Assembly: GCA_902625365.1 (NCBI GenBank)
Contig: CACOAX010000002.1
Coordinates: 468 to 64,467 of the forward strand
DNA from: an uncultured Alphaproteobacteria bacterium
Lineage (GTDB): Bacteria > Pseudomonadota > Alphaproteobacteria > HIMB59 > GCA-002718135
Length of the DNA stretch: 64,000 nt
Direction: 5' to 3'
This document shows, one piece after another, positions 55,361-64,000 of this stretch; position 1 is the stretch's first letter; each line of letters begins with the position of its first letter. The position numbers were made by a program, and so were the translations under genes. The notes beneath the pieces were generated by a model, which ran no database searches, was not told where the DNA came from, and saw only the letters and a program-made list of their open reading frames with translations.

Positions 55361-55653
55361 GTTTCGTATTTAACTATAAAACCTGAATACTTAACATTAC
55401 TAATTATACTATTTGGAATAACTCCTTCAACTAGAGCTAGTGATGGACCATCTTTAGCTTTTTCAGTAATAGATAGTATACTTTGCATATCTCCTTGAAT
55501 TATGGCCTCTACTTCATCTTTACTTTCTTTATTTTGAATATAACCATTTAATCCCAAAGATATTGCTAAATCACTAAACCAATGTCTAAAGCCCACCCCC
55601 TGGACTTTTCCTTTAATAATAAGTCGATAAGTTTTTATTTCATTTGTATTCAT
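55357..55653 (-). CDS. acyP: Acylphosphatase
   Basis: The motif is IKGKVQGVGFRHW. I trimmed to MNTNEIKTY (ATG at 55653), although 55686 is an alternative. The longer track ORF would overlap the divergent gene. Confidence 0.75.
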   Translation of the reverse strand: MNTNEIKTYRLIIKGKVQGVGFRHWFSDLAISLGLNGYIQNKESKDEVEAIIQGDMQSILSITEKAKDGPSLALVEGVIPNSIISNVKYSGFIVKYET

Positions 55654-55706
55654 TGAAGTATCAATATAAGTACTTTTTTTTATCATACAATCCTTCAATT
55701 CATTAT

Positions 55707-56585
55707 ATGAAAAAAAGTATAGTTTATTCTTCAATTCTTTTATTTTTTGCTGGAATTTTTTTTGTAACAAATGATGCAATAATAAACTACCTAACCCAAA
55801 CAGATGTAAAATTTTATCATTTCATCTTTTATGGAATACCCATTTATTTATGTTTCCCCTTATATTTATATTTTAATGGAACTTTAAAAAAAAATATAAA
55901 ATGCACTAATTATTTTCCACCTATTTTCAGAGGTTTTTTAAATATTCCTTTGCCTTTTATTGCCTTTATAACACTTGAACAAATTAAACTTCCAGAATTC
56001 ACAACATTAAATATGACCGCTCCATTAATGGGAACAATATTTGCTATTTTTTTATTAAATGAAAAATTAAATTTTTTAACTTATATATCTTTGTTCATAG
56101 GTTTTTTAGGTGTACTATTTGTTATACAGCCGGGATTTGAAAGCTTTAATATTTATTATCTAATTGTCCTTATCGGGGTATTATTAATTACAATTACAAC
56201 ATTTATTGTAAATAAATATAATCATGTAACTACAAATATTGGGTATTTTCTTTATGGTGGTTTCTTTGTGCACTTTACTTCAATACCTTTATTTATTATG
56301 AATCCATTAAAAGTAACTCTTTTTGAATTTATTTTAATTTCTACTGCTGCATTATTTATTAATTCAGCAATGTTTTTTGCAACTACTGCTTTTAAGATTG
56401 CTCAAAAACATTATGCATCAGTATTTAGTTTAGTTTACCTCCAGGTTTTATGGTCATCATTAGTTGGAATATTTATATTTAATGAATATATGAATTTATA
56501 TGCTTATATTGGAGCAATATTTATAGTTTTAAGTGGAATTGTTTCATTACCTTCACAAATAAAACAATTAAAGGAAGCAAATTAA
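55707..56585 (+). CDS. DMT superfamily (EamA-like) transporter
   Basis: I trimmed to the ATG at 55707 (MKKSIVYSS...). 10 TM segments. Confidence 0.75.
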   Translation: MKKSIVYSSILLFFAGIFFVTNDAIINYLTQTDVKFYHFIFYGIPIYLCFPLYLYFNGTLKKNIKCTNYFPPIFRGFLNIPLPFIAFITLEQIKLPEFTTLNMTAPLMGTIFAIFLLNEKLNFLTYISLFIGFLGVLFVIQPGFESFNIYYLIVLIGVLLITITTFIVNKYNHVTTNIGYFLYGGFFVHFTSIPLFIMNPLKVTLFEFILISTAALFINSAMFFATTAFKIAQKHYASVFSLVYLQVLWSSLVGIFIFNEYMNLYAYIGAIFIVLSGIVSLPSQIKQLKEAN

Positions 56586-57307
56586 TGTATAAAATCTTAT
56601 TATTTTTATTTCTTTTCTTTTTTAGCTGTAATTCTTTTTCTAACGAAGTTAAGATCTTAAATGAAACCGTTGGCAATGGTTTAGAAGTTAAAAATCATTC
56701 AAAATTATCTGTTCATTACATCGGTAGACTCGAGGATAATACTGTTTTTGATAGTTCATACGATAGAGGGCAATTATTTGATTTTCAAATAGGTGTAAGA
56801 CAAGTAATCTTAGGTTGGGAGACAGGTTTGCTTGGTATGAAAGAAGGAGGCAAAAGAACAATTTTTATTCCGTATGAGCTAGCATATGGAGAAAGTGGTG
56901 CAGGCAGTTTGATTCCGCCAAAATCAAATCTTATTTTTGAAATTGAAGTTACAAAAGTAATCCCTCCAGGGTACAAAGAAATAGATGGTTATCAATTTAA
57001 ATTAGCAATGACTAGTGATTTTAAAATTATAGATATTAGAACTAAAGATGAAATCATTAATTCAAATAAAATACCTGGCGCTATTCAAATAACTGCATTT
57101 GATAAAAATGGAAATTTTTTTCCTAATTTTTTTGATAAGTATAAAGAAAATGTACAAATTGGAGAAAAAGTTGTTTTTGTAAGTCAGAACGGAGATATAT
57201 CATCAATTTTAGCTAATGGATTTGTTGAGCAACTAAAGCAGATTAATATATATCATTTAAAAGATGGTGTTTCTGGTCTAGAAAATATAAATTTTGATTT
57301 TGAATAA
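56585..57307 (+). CDS. Exported FKBP-type peptidyl-prolyl isomerase fused to a Cys-less rhodanese-like domain
   Basis: It has a signal/lipobox-like N-terminus (FFFSC). The FKBP core is VHYIGRL..G.VFDSS...GVRQVILGWETGLLGMKEGG. The C-terminal IIDIRTKDEI..IPGAI...FVSQNGDIS has no active-site Cys. Confidence 0.8.
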   Translation: MYKILLFLFLFFFSCNSFSNEVKILNETVGNGLEVKNHSKLSVHYIGRLEDNTVFDSSYDRGQLFDFQIGVRQVILGWETGLLGMKEGGKRTIFIPYELAYGESGAGSLIPPKSNLIFEIEVTKVIPPGYKEIDGYQFKLAMTSDFKIIDIRTKDEIINSNKIPGAIQITAFDKNGNFFPNFFDKYKENVQIGEKVVFVSQNGDISSILANGFVEQLKQINIYHLKDGVSGLENINFDFE

Positions 57308-57308
57308 A

Positions 57309-58115
57309 TTAAAAATCTATCTTCTTATTATTTTCAGCTGCATAATTAATAATAAATTGCCACGCTGACCTACCCGTTCTATTTCCTCTTTGCAAACTCC
57401 ATTTAATTGCTTCTTTTTCTGTTTCTTTATTAAATGGCAAATTAAACTTTTCGCAATATTTACTAATGATATTAATAAAATCGTTTTGAGAAATATTATG
57501 AAAGCCAATCCATAAACCAAATCGATCACTGAGACTTATTTTTTCTTCTACACTCTCATCTGTATGAATTGCAGAAGATCTTTCATTTTCTATCATATCC
57601 CTAGGCATTAAATGTCTTCTATTTGAAGTAACATATAAAATAATATTCTTAGGTTGGTTTTGTATACTTCCATCTAAAGTAGATTTAATTATTTTGTAGT
57701 CACTATCTATTTTTTCAAATGATAAATCATCAATAAAAATTATAAAATTAAAATTTTTAAAATTTTCATATTTTTCATAAATTATTTCGATATCAAAAAT
57801 ATTGTTCTTATTTAATTGTATTAATTTTAAGTTTTTATTTTTTTTGTTTACTTTATTAAAAACAGATTTAATTAGAGAGCTTTTACCGTTACCTCTAGAT
57901 CCCCAAAGTAAAGCATTATTTGTAAAATTACCTTCAGAAAAATTTACTGTATTATTTAAAATAGTTTTTTTCTGCCTATCTAGTCCAACCAAAAGATCTA
58001 AATCCAAACATCTAAAATTCGATATTATTTTGAGATTTTTTATTTTACTATCCCAAATAAATGCACTTCCTCTTGAGACAGTCAGATTTGATAAAAAATT
58101 GCTTAAAAACATCAT
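57309..58115 (-). CDS. DUF815-family AAA-type ATPase
   Basis: 268 aa with LLWGSRGNGKSSLIKS (Walker A) and IFIDDLSFE (Walker B). It is divergent from yajC-secDF, as I recall is common in Alphaproteobacteria. Confidence 0.8.
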   Translation of the reverse strand: MMFLSNFLSNLTVSRGSAFIWDSKIKNLKIISNFRCLDLDLLVGLDRQKKTILNNTVNFSEGNFTNNALLWGSRGNGKSSLIKSVFNKVNKKNKNLKLIQLNKNNIFDIEIIYEKYENFKNFNFIIFIDDLSFEKIDSDYKIIKSTLDGSIQNQPKNIILYVTSNRRHLMPRDMIENERSSAIHTDESVEEKISLSDRFGLWIGFHNISQNDFINIISKYCEKFNLPFNKETEKEAIKWSLQRGNRTGRSAWQFIINYAAENNKKIDF

Positions 58116-58187
58116 AAATACTTTATTTGATTTTTCTTATTACACAGTATAATAAATCACTCAAATTAAATCATCATAGGTACTATT

Positions 58188-58529
58188 ATGGAAGCTTTTG
58201 GAACATTTTTACCACTTATTTTAATATTTGTAGTTTTTTATTTTTTACTAATTAGACCTCAACAAAGAAAAGTTAAACAGCATAAAGAAATGCTTTCTAA
58301 TTTAAAAAGAGGGGACAAAATAGTAACCTCAGGTGGAATCATTGGAACCATAAATAAAGTTGCAGATAATAGAGAACTAACTTTAGAAGTGGCAGAAAAT
58401 GTTGAAATTAAGATTGCATCAGGAATGGTTGCGGATTTATATGCAATGCCCGAAGTTAAAAAAAAAGAACCACCAAAGGAAGAGAATAAAGGCAAATCTG
58501 GCTTCTCTTTATTTTCTAGAAAAAAATAA
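58188..58529 (+). CDS. yajC: Preprotein translocase subunit YajC
   Basis: 113 aa with a single TM helix followed by IRPQQKR-type LIRPQQRKVK and GDKIVTSGGIIG. Confidence 0.9.
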   Translation: MEAFGTFLPLILIFVVFYFLLIRPQQRKVKQHKEMLSNLKRGDKIVTSGGIIGTINKVADNRELTLEVAENVEIKIASGMVADLYAMPEVKKKEPPKEENKGKSGFSLFSRKK

Positions 58530-58540
58530 TTTTTTTATTA

Positions 58541-60091
58541 ATGAAAAATTATCCTATCTGGAAATCATTCACAGTAATATCATTAGTTTTATTAGGAATA
58601 ATTTTTGCAATACCTTCAATTATTTATGATGAAAATTCTGAAAATTGGTTTTTAAAAAATAAGATTAATTTAGGTTTAGATTTACAAGGTGGATCATATT
58701 TATTATTAGAAGTACAACTTGATGTTTTATATAACGAAGAATTAGAAAATTTTGCTGATAGTGTTCGTTTGATTTCAAGGGATCAAGCTGCAAAAATCGA
58801 ACAAATTGTTATTGAAGAAAATGATGTTATTGTAACGTTTTCAGATATTAATAAAATCAAAGATATTAGAGATAGTTTTTTTCAAATGTATAGAGGTATT
58901 TCATTACAAATAAATAATAACAAATTGAATATTAAGCTAAATGATGATTATAAAAAAATTATTCAAGACTCCGCGATTAAGCAATCACTTGAAATTGTTA
59001 GAAAAAGAATTGATGAATCGGGAACAAAAGAACCTTTAATACAAAGATCTGGTAAAAAAAGAATTTTATTGCAATTACCAGGAGTAAAAGATCCAGAAAG
59101 AATAAAAGATTTATTAGGCAAAACTGCTAAACTTACCTTTCATATAGTTGATGATGAAAACACGTCTGCGCTAAATAATAATTTGGCACCTTTTGGAAAA
59201 ATGATTGTATTAGATTTATACGATGAAAATATAAAATATCTTTTGAATAAGAGAGCTGTCGTCGGTGGAGAAAACTTAGTTGATGCTAAAGGTTCATTTG
59301 ATCAAACAGAAGGTCACGCGGTATCTTTTAGATTTGATACTGAAGGTGCTCAAAAATTTGGAAAAGTTACTACAAACAATATTGGAAAAAGAATGGCTGT
59401 GGTATTAGATGGAGTTGTTATTACTGCTCCTAGAATAAGTAGTGCAATTACTGGCGGTTCTGGAATCATAACTGGAAACTTCAATGCACAAGAGGCTTCT
59501 GATCTAGCAGTTTTATTAAGAGCTGGTGCGTTACCAGCACCTTTAGAAATAGTTGAAGAGAGATCAGTGGGTGCTGGTTTAGGAGCAGATTCTATAGCTG
59601 CTGGTCAAATAGCTGCAATTATTGGTATGGTATTGGTATGTATTTTTATGATACTCATATACGGAACCTTTGGAGCCTTAGCCAATGTTTCTTTAGTAGT
59701 TAACTTATTTATTATTATTTCATTACTAGGAGCAATTGGTGCAACATTAACATTACCTGGTATTGCTGGAATTGTATTAACAATTGGTATGGCAGTAGAC
59801 GCAAATGTTTTAATTTTTGAAAGAATTAAAGAAGAGAGTTTAAAACAAACAAAAGTTTTTCAAATTGTTAAAAATGGTTTTGATAGAGCCATGTCAACCA
59901 TACTTGATGCTAACATTACTACTCTTATTGCTGCTGTTTTGCTATTTGCTTTTGGCTCTGGTCCAATAAGAGGTTTTTCCATAACATTATCTTTAGGTGT
60001 AATAGCTTCGATGTTTACTGCTTTAATGCTTACAAATTTCTTGGTTTACATGTACTTATCATTTGCAAATAAAAAGGAATTAAAACTTTAA
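58541..60091 (+). CDS. secD: Protein translocase subunit SecD
   Basis: 516 aa with LGLDLQGG, a periplasmic domain, and a C-terminal six-TM region containing AVDANVLIFERIKEE. Confidence 0.95.
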   Translation: MKNYPIWKSFTVISLVLLGIIFAIPSIIYDENSENWFLKNKINLGLDLQGGSYLLLEVQLDVLYNEELENFADSVRLISRDQAAKIEQIVIEENDVIVTFSDINKIKDIRDSFFQMYRGISLQINNNKLNIKLNDDYKKIIQDSAIKQSLEIVRKRIDESGTKEPLIQRSGKKRILLQLPGVKDPERIKDLLGKTAKLTFHIVDDENTSALNNNLAPFGKMIVLDLYDENIKYLLNKRAVVGGENLVDAKGSFDQTEGHAVSFRFDTEGAQKFGKVTTNNIGKRMAVVLDGVVITAPRISSAITGGSGIITGNFNAQEASDLAVLLRAGALPAPLEIVEERSVGAGLGADSIAAGQIAAIIGMVLVCIFMILIYGTFGALANVSLVVNLFIIISLLGAIGATLTLPGIAGIVLTIGMAVDANVLIFERIKEESLKQTKVFQIVKNGFDRAMSTILDANITTLIAAVLLFAFGSGPIRGFSITLSLGVIASMFTALMLTNFLVYMYLSFANKKELKL

Positions 60092-60990
60092 TGTTTGGTT
60101 TAAATAAAATTATTCCTGTTGAGCCCAACATTAATTTTTTAGGTTTAAGAAAAAATTTCTTAATTTTTTCAATATTAGCAATTTTACTTTCAATTGGCTT
60201 ATTAAGTATAAAGGGATTAAATCTAGGGATTGATTTTAAAGGAGGTACATTAATTGAGGTGAGTACAAAAAATACCTCAATTGGAGAATTAAGAGAAATT
60301 TTATCTTCTTCTTATAGTGATGTATCTTTACAAGAATTTGGTGATGAAAGTATTATTTTAATTAGACTTCAAAATAAAAGTAATCAAGAAAGCATTGAGA
60401 CAGTTAATTCTGTTAAAAATTTAATTCAAGACAAAGTTGTTGAGTTTAGAAGATCTGAATTTGTTGGACCTACAATTAGTTCTGAGTTATTATTTCGAGG
60501 TTTTCAAGCCGTCTCTTTTGCTTTAATTGCAATTTTAATTTACATTTGGTTGAGATTTGAATGGCAATTTGGTTTTGGTGCCGTTGTTGCTTTAACTCAT
60601 GATGTATTATTTACTCTAGGTTTGCTATCCATTTTAAATGTAGAATTTTCTCTTGCCACAATAGCAGCAATTCTTACAATTGCTGGTTATTCAATTAATG
60701 ATACAGTTGTAATTTTTGATAGGGTTCGTGAAAATTTAAGGAAATATAAAAAGTTAGAGTTAGTAGATCTCTTTAACTTATCAGTTAATAATACTCTATC
60801 AAGAACCATAATGACAAGTTTAACAACGCTTCTTGCTTTAGTATCTTTATTTATTTTTGGGGGTGAGGTTATTAGACCTTTCGCTTTAACAATGATTATT
60901 GGCGTGATAATTGGAACATATTCATCAGTATTTATTGCGGTCCCAACTTTATTAATCTTTAAGTTTAGACCGCAAGATGAGGATGATTAG
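60091..60990 (+). CDS. secF: Protein translocase subunit SecF
   Basis: 299 aa with GIDFKGGT and SINDTVVIFDRVREN. Its start overlaps the secD stop (TAATG). Confidence 0.95.
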   Translation: MFGLNKIIPVEPNINFLGLRKNFLIFSILAILLSIGLLSIKGLNLGIDFKGGTLIEVSTKNTSIGELREILSSSYSDVSLQEFGDESIILIRLQNKSNQESIETVNSVKNLIQDKVVEFRRSEFVGPTISSELLFRGFQAVSFALIAILIYIWLRFEWQFGFGAVVALTHDVLFTLGLLSILNVEFSLATIAAILTIAGYSINDTVVIFDRVRENLRKYKKLELVDLFNLSVNNTLSRTIMTSLTTLLALVSLFIFGGEVIRPFALTMIIGVIIGTYSSVFIAVPTLLIFKFRPQDEDD

Positions 60991-61583
60991 GCGTTATTTA
61001 AATTTTCTGTAACTTTTTCCCAATTAACTAAATTATCGATAAATGCTTTTAAATAATCAGGTCTTCTGTTTCTATAATCTACATAATATGAGTGTTCCCA
61101 AACATCACATCCAAGTAGAGGAGTGTGACCATGTACGATTGGGTTTTCACCATTTGGTGTTTTAGTAATTTCTAATTTTCCATTATTTAAAACTAGCCAA
61201 CACCAACCTGATCCAAATTGCCCAATCCCTGCGTTTATAAAATCTTCTTTCATTTTTTCAACTGAACCAATATCTGAAACTATCTTATTTTCGAGCTCAG
61301 AGGGAATTTTACCATCTGGATTATTTTTCATTACTTCCCAAAAATGAACATGATTTATATGTTGTGCTACATTATTGAATACTGGGGCATTTTTTTGATA
61401 TGAATTAATAACAATATCATTCATATTGTCATCTGATATATTCTGTTCCTTAATAAATTTATTTCCATTAGTAATGTAAGCCATATGATGCTTATCATGA
61501 TGCAACTCTAAAGTTTCAGCCGACATATACGGCATTAGAGCATCTTTACTATAGGGTAGATCTGGTAACTCTAGATTTATCAT
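60987..61583 (-). CDS. sodB: Fe/Mn superoxide dismutase
   Basis: 198 aa with LPDLPY, HHDKHH and DVWEHSYY motifs. Confidence 0.95.
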   Translation of the reverse strand: MINLELPDLPYSKDALMPYMSAETLELHHDKHHMAYITNGNKFIKEQNISDDNMNDIVINSYQKNAPVFNNVAQHINHVHFWEVMKNNPDGKIPSELENKIVSDIGSVEKMKEDFINAGIGQFGSGWCWLVLNNGKLEITKTPNGENPIVHGHTPLLGCDVWEHSYYVDYRNRRPDYLKAFIDNLVNWEKVTENLNNA

Positions 61584-61597
61584 TTTATTTCCTCGAT

Positions 61598-64000
61598 TTA
61601 TAAAATTTTCTTTAAAAATTCACCTGTATAGCTTTTTTTATTATTTGCAATATCTTCGGGGGTACCAGTTCCAACAATTTGACCACCATTTACACCTCCT
61701 AAAGGACCAAGATCAATTATATGATCAGCTGTTTTAATAACATCAAGATTATGCTCAATAACGATTACAGTATTACCTTCATCAACGAGTGTATGAAGAA
61801 TTTTAAGTAATTTTTTAACATCGTCAAAATGAAGACCGGTTGTTGGTTCATCTAGAATATATAGTGTTTTTCCTGTTGATCTTTTTGATAATTCTTTTGA
61901 TAATTTTATTCTTTGTGCTTCGCCACCTGACAAAGTAGTAGCTGATTGACCTATTTTTATGTAATCTAATCCAACATCCATTAGAGTTTGTAGTTTTTGT
62001 TTTATTGTAGGAATTTTATCAAAAAATTTATAACCTTCTTCAACAGTCATTTCTAAAACATCTGAAATAGATTTATCTTTATATTTTACTTCTAAAGTTT
62101 CTCTATTATACCTTTTACCTTTGCAAATATCACACTCGACATAAACATCAGCTAAAAAATGCATTTCTATTTTTTTTACTCCATCACCTTCACATGATTC
62201 ACATCTACCACCCTTAACGTTAAATGAAAAACGACCTGGTTTATAGCCTCTAGCACTGGACTCATTTAAGTTTGCAAACCAATCTCTTATTGGAGTAAAA
62301 CATCCTGTATATGTTGCTGGGTTTGATCTTGGCGTTCTTCCAATAGGAGATTGATCAATATCAATTACTTTATCGATATGATTAATACCTTTAAAGTTAA
62401 AACGACTTTCATCTTTATTTAAAGATTTATTGAAATATTCATCTAATCTTTGAAACAATGTATCAATAATCAATGAAGATTTTCCACTTCCAGATACACC
62501 TGTTACAGTAATAAAATTCCCTAAAGGTAAAGTGATATTAAGATTATTTAAGTTATTTGTTTTTATTTTATTAAGTTTAAAAACTTTATTTTTATTAAAT
62601 TTTCTTCTAATTTTTGGAACTTCTATTTCTAAGGATTTATTCAAATATTTTGCTGTTAAACTTTTATTATTTTTTAATATTTTTTTAAGATCACCCTCTG
62701 CAATTATGTGACCTCCATTAACACCAGCCTTGACACCTATATCAATTATATGATCAGATTGTCTAATTGCATCCTCATCATGTTCAACAACAATTACTGT
62801 ATTTCCTAAATCTCTTAATCTAAATAAAGTTTCAATCAGTTGTTGATTATCTTTTTGATGCAACCCAATAGAAGGTTCATCTAAAACGTATAAAACTCCT
62901 GTTAAACCTGAACCAATTTGACTTGCTAATCTAATTCTTTGACTTTCACCTCCAGATAAAGTTTTACTAGCTCTTGCCAAAGATAAATAATCTAAACCAA
63001 CTCTATTTAAAAAAACTAATCGATCTTTAATTTCTTTTATTACTCCCTCAGCAATTTTTTTATTGTTTTTATCAAGTTTACTTTCAAGTGATGAAAACCA
63101 ATGTAAACACTCGCTAATTGATTTTTTGGTAATATTACCAATATGATTTTCATCAATTTTTACAGCTAAAGCTTTCTCATTAAGCCGGTAACCATTGCAA
63201 ACTTCACAGTCTCTTTCAGATAAATATTTTTCTAATTCATATTGAAGCCACCATCTCTCAGTTTCTTCGTATTTTCGATCAATAAAGTTTATTATTCCTT
63301 CAAAATCATATAAAAAATTTAATTCGCTATTTTCATCTCCATAAAGAATAATATTCTTTACCTTTTTTGGAATTTGACTCCACGGAACATTTTTTTTTAC
63401 TTTAAATTGCTTTAGAATTTTATCTATTGTTTCAACAAAATATTTTTTTTGATAACCAAATACTTTAGTCTCCCAAGGCTTTATAGCTCCATCAGCAATA
63501 GATCTAGTTTCATCAGGTACAATTTTATATTCATCAAAATATTTTTCAACTCCAAGACCATCACATTCAGAGCAAGCACCTTGTGGAGCATTAAAACTAA
63601 ATAATCTAGGTTCAATCTCTTCAATACTAAATCCAGAAACAGGGCATGCAAATTTTGATGAAAATATCGATATTTTATTTGTATCTAGATTTTCTAAATA
63701 TAACAAACCATCTGATAAAGTTAACGCAACTTCTATACTTTCACTCAGTCTTTGCTGAATATTTTTTTTTACAATAAGTCGATCAATTACAACATCAATA
63801 TTATGTTTAAAATTCTTTTTAAGTGAAGGCACTTCATCAATATCATAGACAACATTATCTACTTTAAGTCGTTGATAACCTCTTTTTTTTAAATCTTCGA
63901 TTTCTTTTCGATATTCACCTTTTCTATCTCTAACTATTGGAGATAAAATATAAATTCTTTTATCAATATTATTTTTAATTATAAGATCAGTCATTTCACT
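61598..64000 (-). CDS. uvrA: Excinuclease ABC subunit A (C-terminal about 800 codons; 5' end lies beyond the window)
   Basis: It has GVSGSGKSSL, two LSGGE.QRI.L signatures and CxxC zinc modules. The ORF is open to the window edge, and UvrA proteins are longer than the visible part. Confidence 0.95.
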   Translation of the reverse strand, partial: SEMTDLIIKNNIDKRIYILSPIVRDRKGEYRKEIEDLKKRGYQRLKVDNVVYDIDEVPSLKKNFKHNIDVVIDRLIVKKNIQQRLSESIEVALTLSDGLLYLENLDTNKISIFSSKFACPVSGFSIEEIEPRLFSFNAPQGACSECDGLGVEKYFDEYKIVPDETRSIADGAIKPWETKVFGYQKKYFVETIDKILKQFKVKKNVPWSQIPKKVKNIILYGDENSELNFLYDFEGIINFIDRKYEETERWWLQYELEKYLSERDCEVCNGYRLNEKALAVKIDENHIGNITKKSISECLHWFSSLESKLDKNNKKIAEGVIKEIKDRLVFLNRVGLDYLSLARASKTLSGGESQRIRLASQIGSGLTGVLYVLDEPSIGLHQKDNQQLIETLFRLRDLGNTVIVVEHDEDAIRQSDHIIDIGVKAGVNGGHIIAEGDLKKILKNNKSLTAKYLNKSLEIEVPKIRRKFNKNKVFKLNKIKTNNLNNLNITLPLGNFITVTGVSGSGKSSLIIDTLFQRLDEYFNKSLNKDESRFNFKGINHIDKVIDIDQSPIGRTPRSNPATYTGCFTPIRDWFANLNESSARGYKPGRFSFNVKGGRCESCEGDGVKKIEMHFLADVYVECDICKGKRYNRETLEVKYKDKSISDVLEMTVEEGYKFFDKIPTIKQKLQTLMDVGLDYIKIGQSATTLSGGEAQRIKLSKELSKRSTGKTLYILDEPTTGLHFDDVKKLLKILHTLVDEGNTVIVIEHNLDVIKTADHIIDLGPLGGVNGGQIVGTGTPEDIANNKKSYTGEFLKKIL

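Noticed and set aside
890-58629. Short ORFs in the track lying inside or antisense to longer, motif-supported genes: 890-1141, 8392-8709, 10481-10681, 11852-12076, 13749-14288, 15861-16052, 18757-19020, 19801-20055, 23419-23676, 27353-27586, 28493-28708, 34558-34785, 36812-37141, 38611-38796, 42945-43148, 43221-43457, 46293-46490, 47317-47502, 52797-53054, 56785-56976, 57317-57529, 57802-58152, 58259-58495 and 58399-58629.
   Set aside because: Each is fully or largely overlapped by a longer ORF with clear family motifs. Their translations are low-complexity or hydrophobic strings typical of shadow frames in AT-rich DNA.
63992-63994. The ATG at 63994 as the true uvrA start.
   Set aside because: The visible protein begins in the middle of the UvrA fold and is much shorter than full-length UvrA. 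The frame stays open to the window edge, so the gene is truncated by the window.
1-64000. CRISPR arrays, insertion sequences, integrases, prophage genes, toxin-antitoxin or restriction/defence genes, and tRNA or rRNA genes.
   Set aside because: I saw no direct-repeat/spacer structure, transposase or integrase-like ORF, or GC-rich structured RNA island. All spacers longer than 100 bp are plain AT-rich DNA or hold small ORFs.

Overview
The window is very AT-rich and almost gap-free. Many neighbouring genes overlap by 1-20 nt, and I found no rRNA, tRNA, CRISPR array, IS element or prophage signature. Gene content (Hda, DUF815-yajC-secDF, alphaproteobacterial-type SerC, malyl-CoA lyase) and the streamlined layout suggest a SAR11/Pelagibacterales-like marine alphaproteobacterium; that is inference only. 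I call about 70 CDS.

Main blocks:
1. Housekeeping genes: ndk, hda, aspS, htpG, yajC-secDF, sodB and a partial uvrA.
2. A complete two-operon purine catabolon at about 5.9-20.8 kb (guaD, xdhABC, puuD, uraH / puuE, uraD, alc, allA). It is fused to a BMP-family ABC importer and followed by a Gpt-like phosphoribosyltransferase.
3. A TrpB-like/DUF1015/serC/serA operon.
4. A nucleoside-scavenging block: a nucleoside hydrolase plus psuG and psuK.
5. A 1009-codon protein fusing an APH-like kinase, an M23 domain and a class-III aminotransferase.
6. A malyl-CoA lyase plus malate thiokinase-like module (mcl-mtkAB).
7. A compact seven-gene cluster at 46.7-52.7 kb: creatininase-fold hydrolase, MDR dehydrogenase, degenerate PTPS-like protein, GT1 glycosyltransferase, SAM methyltransferase, deaminase-less RibD reductase, and GTP cyclohydrolase II with an extra N-terminal domain.

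The seven-gene cluster is my best candidate for an undescribed system: a pathway to an unknown GTP-derived heterocycle. All functional calls rest on motif-level recognition by eye. No searches were run.
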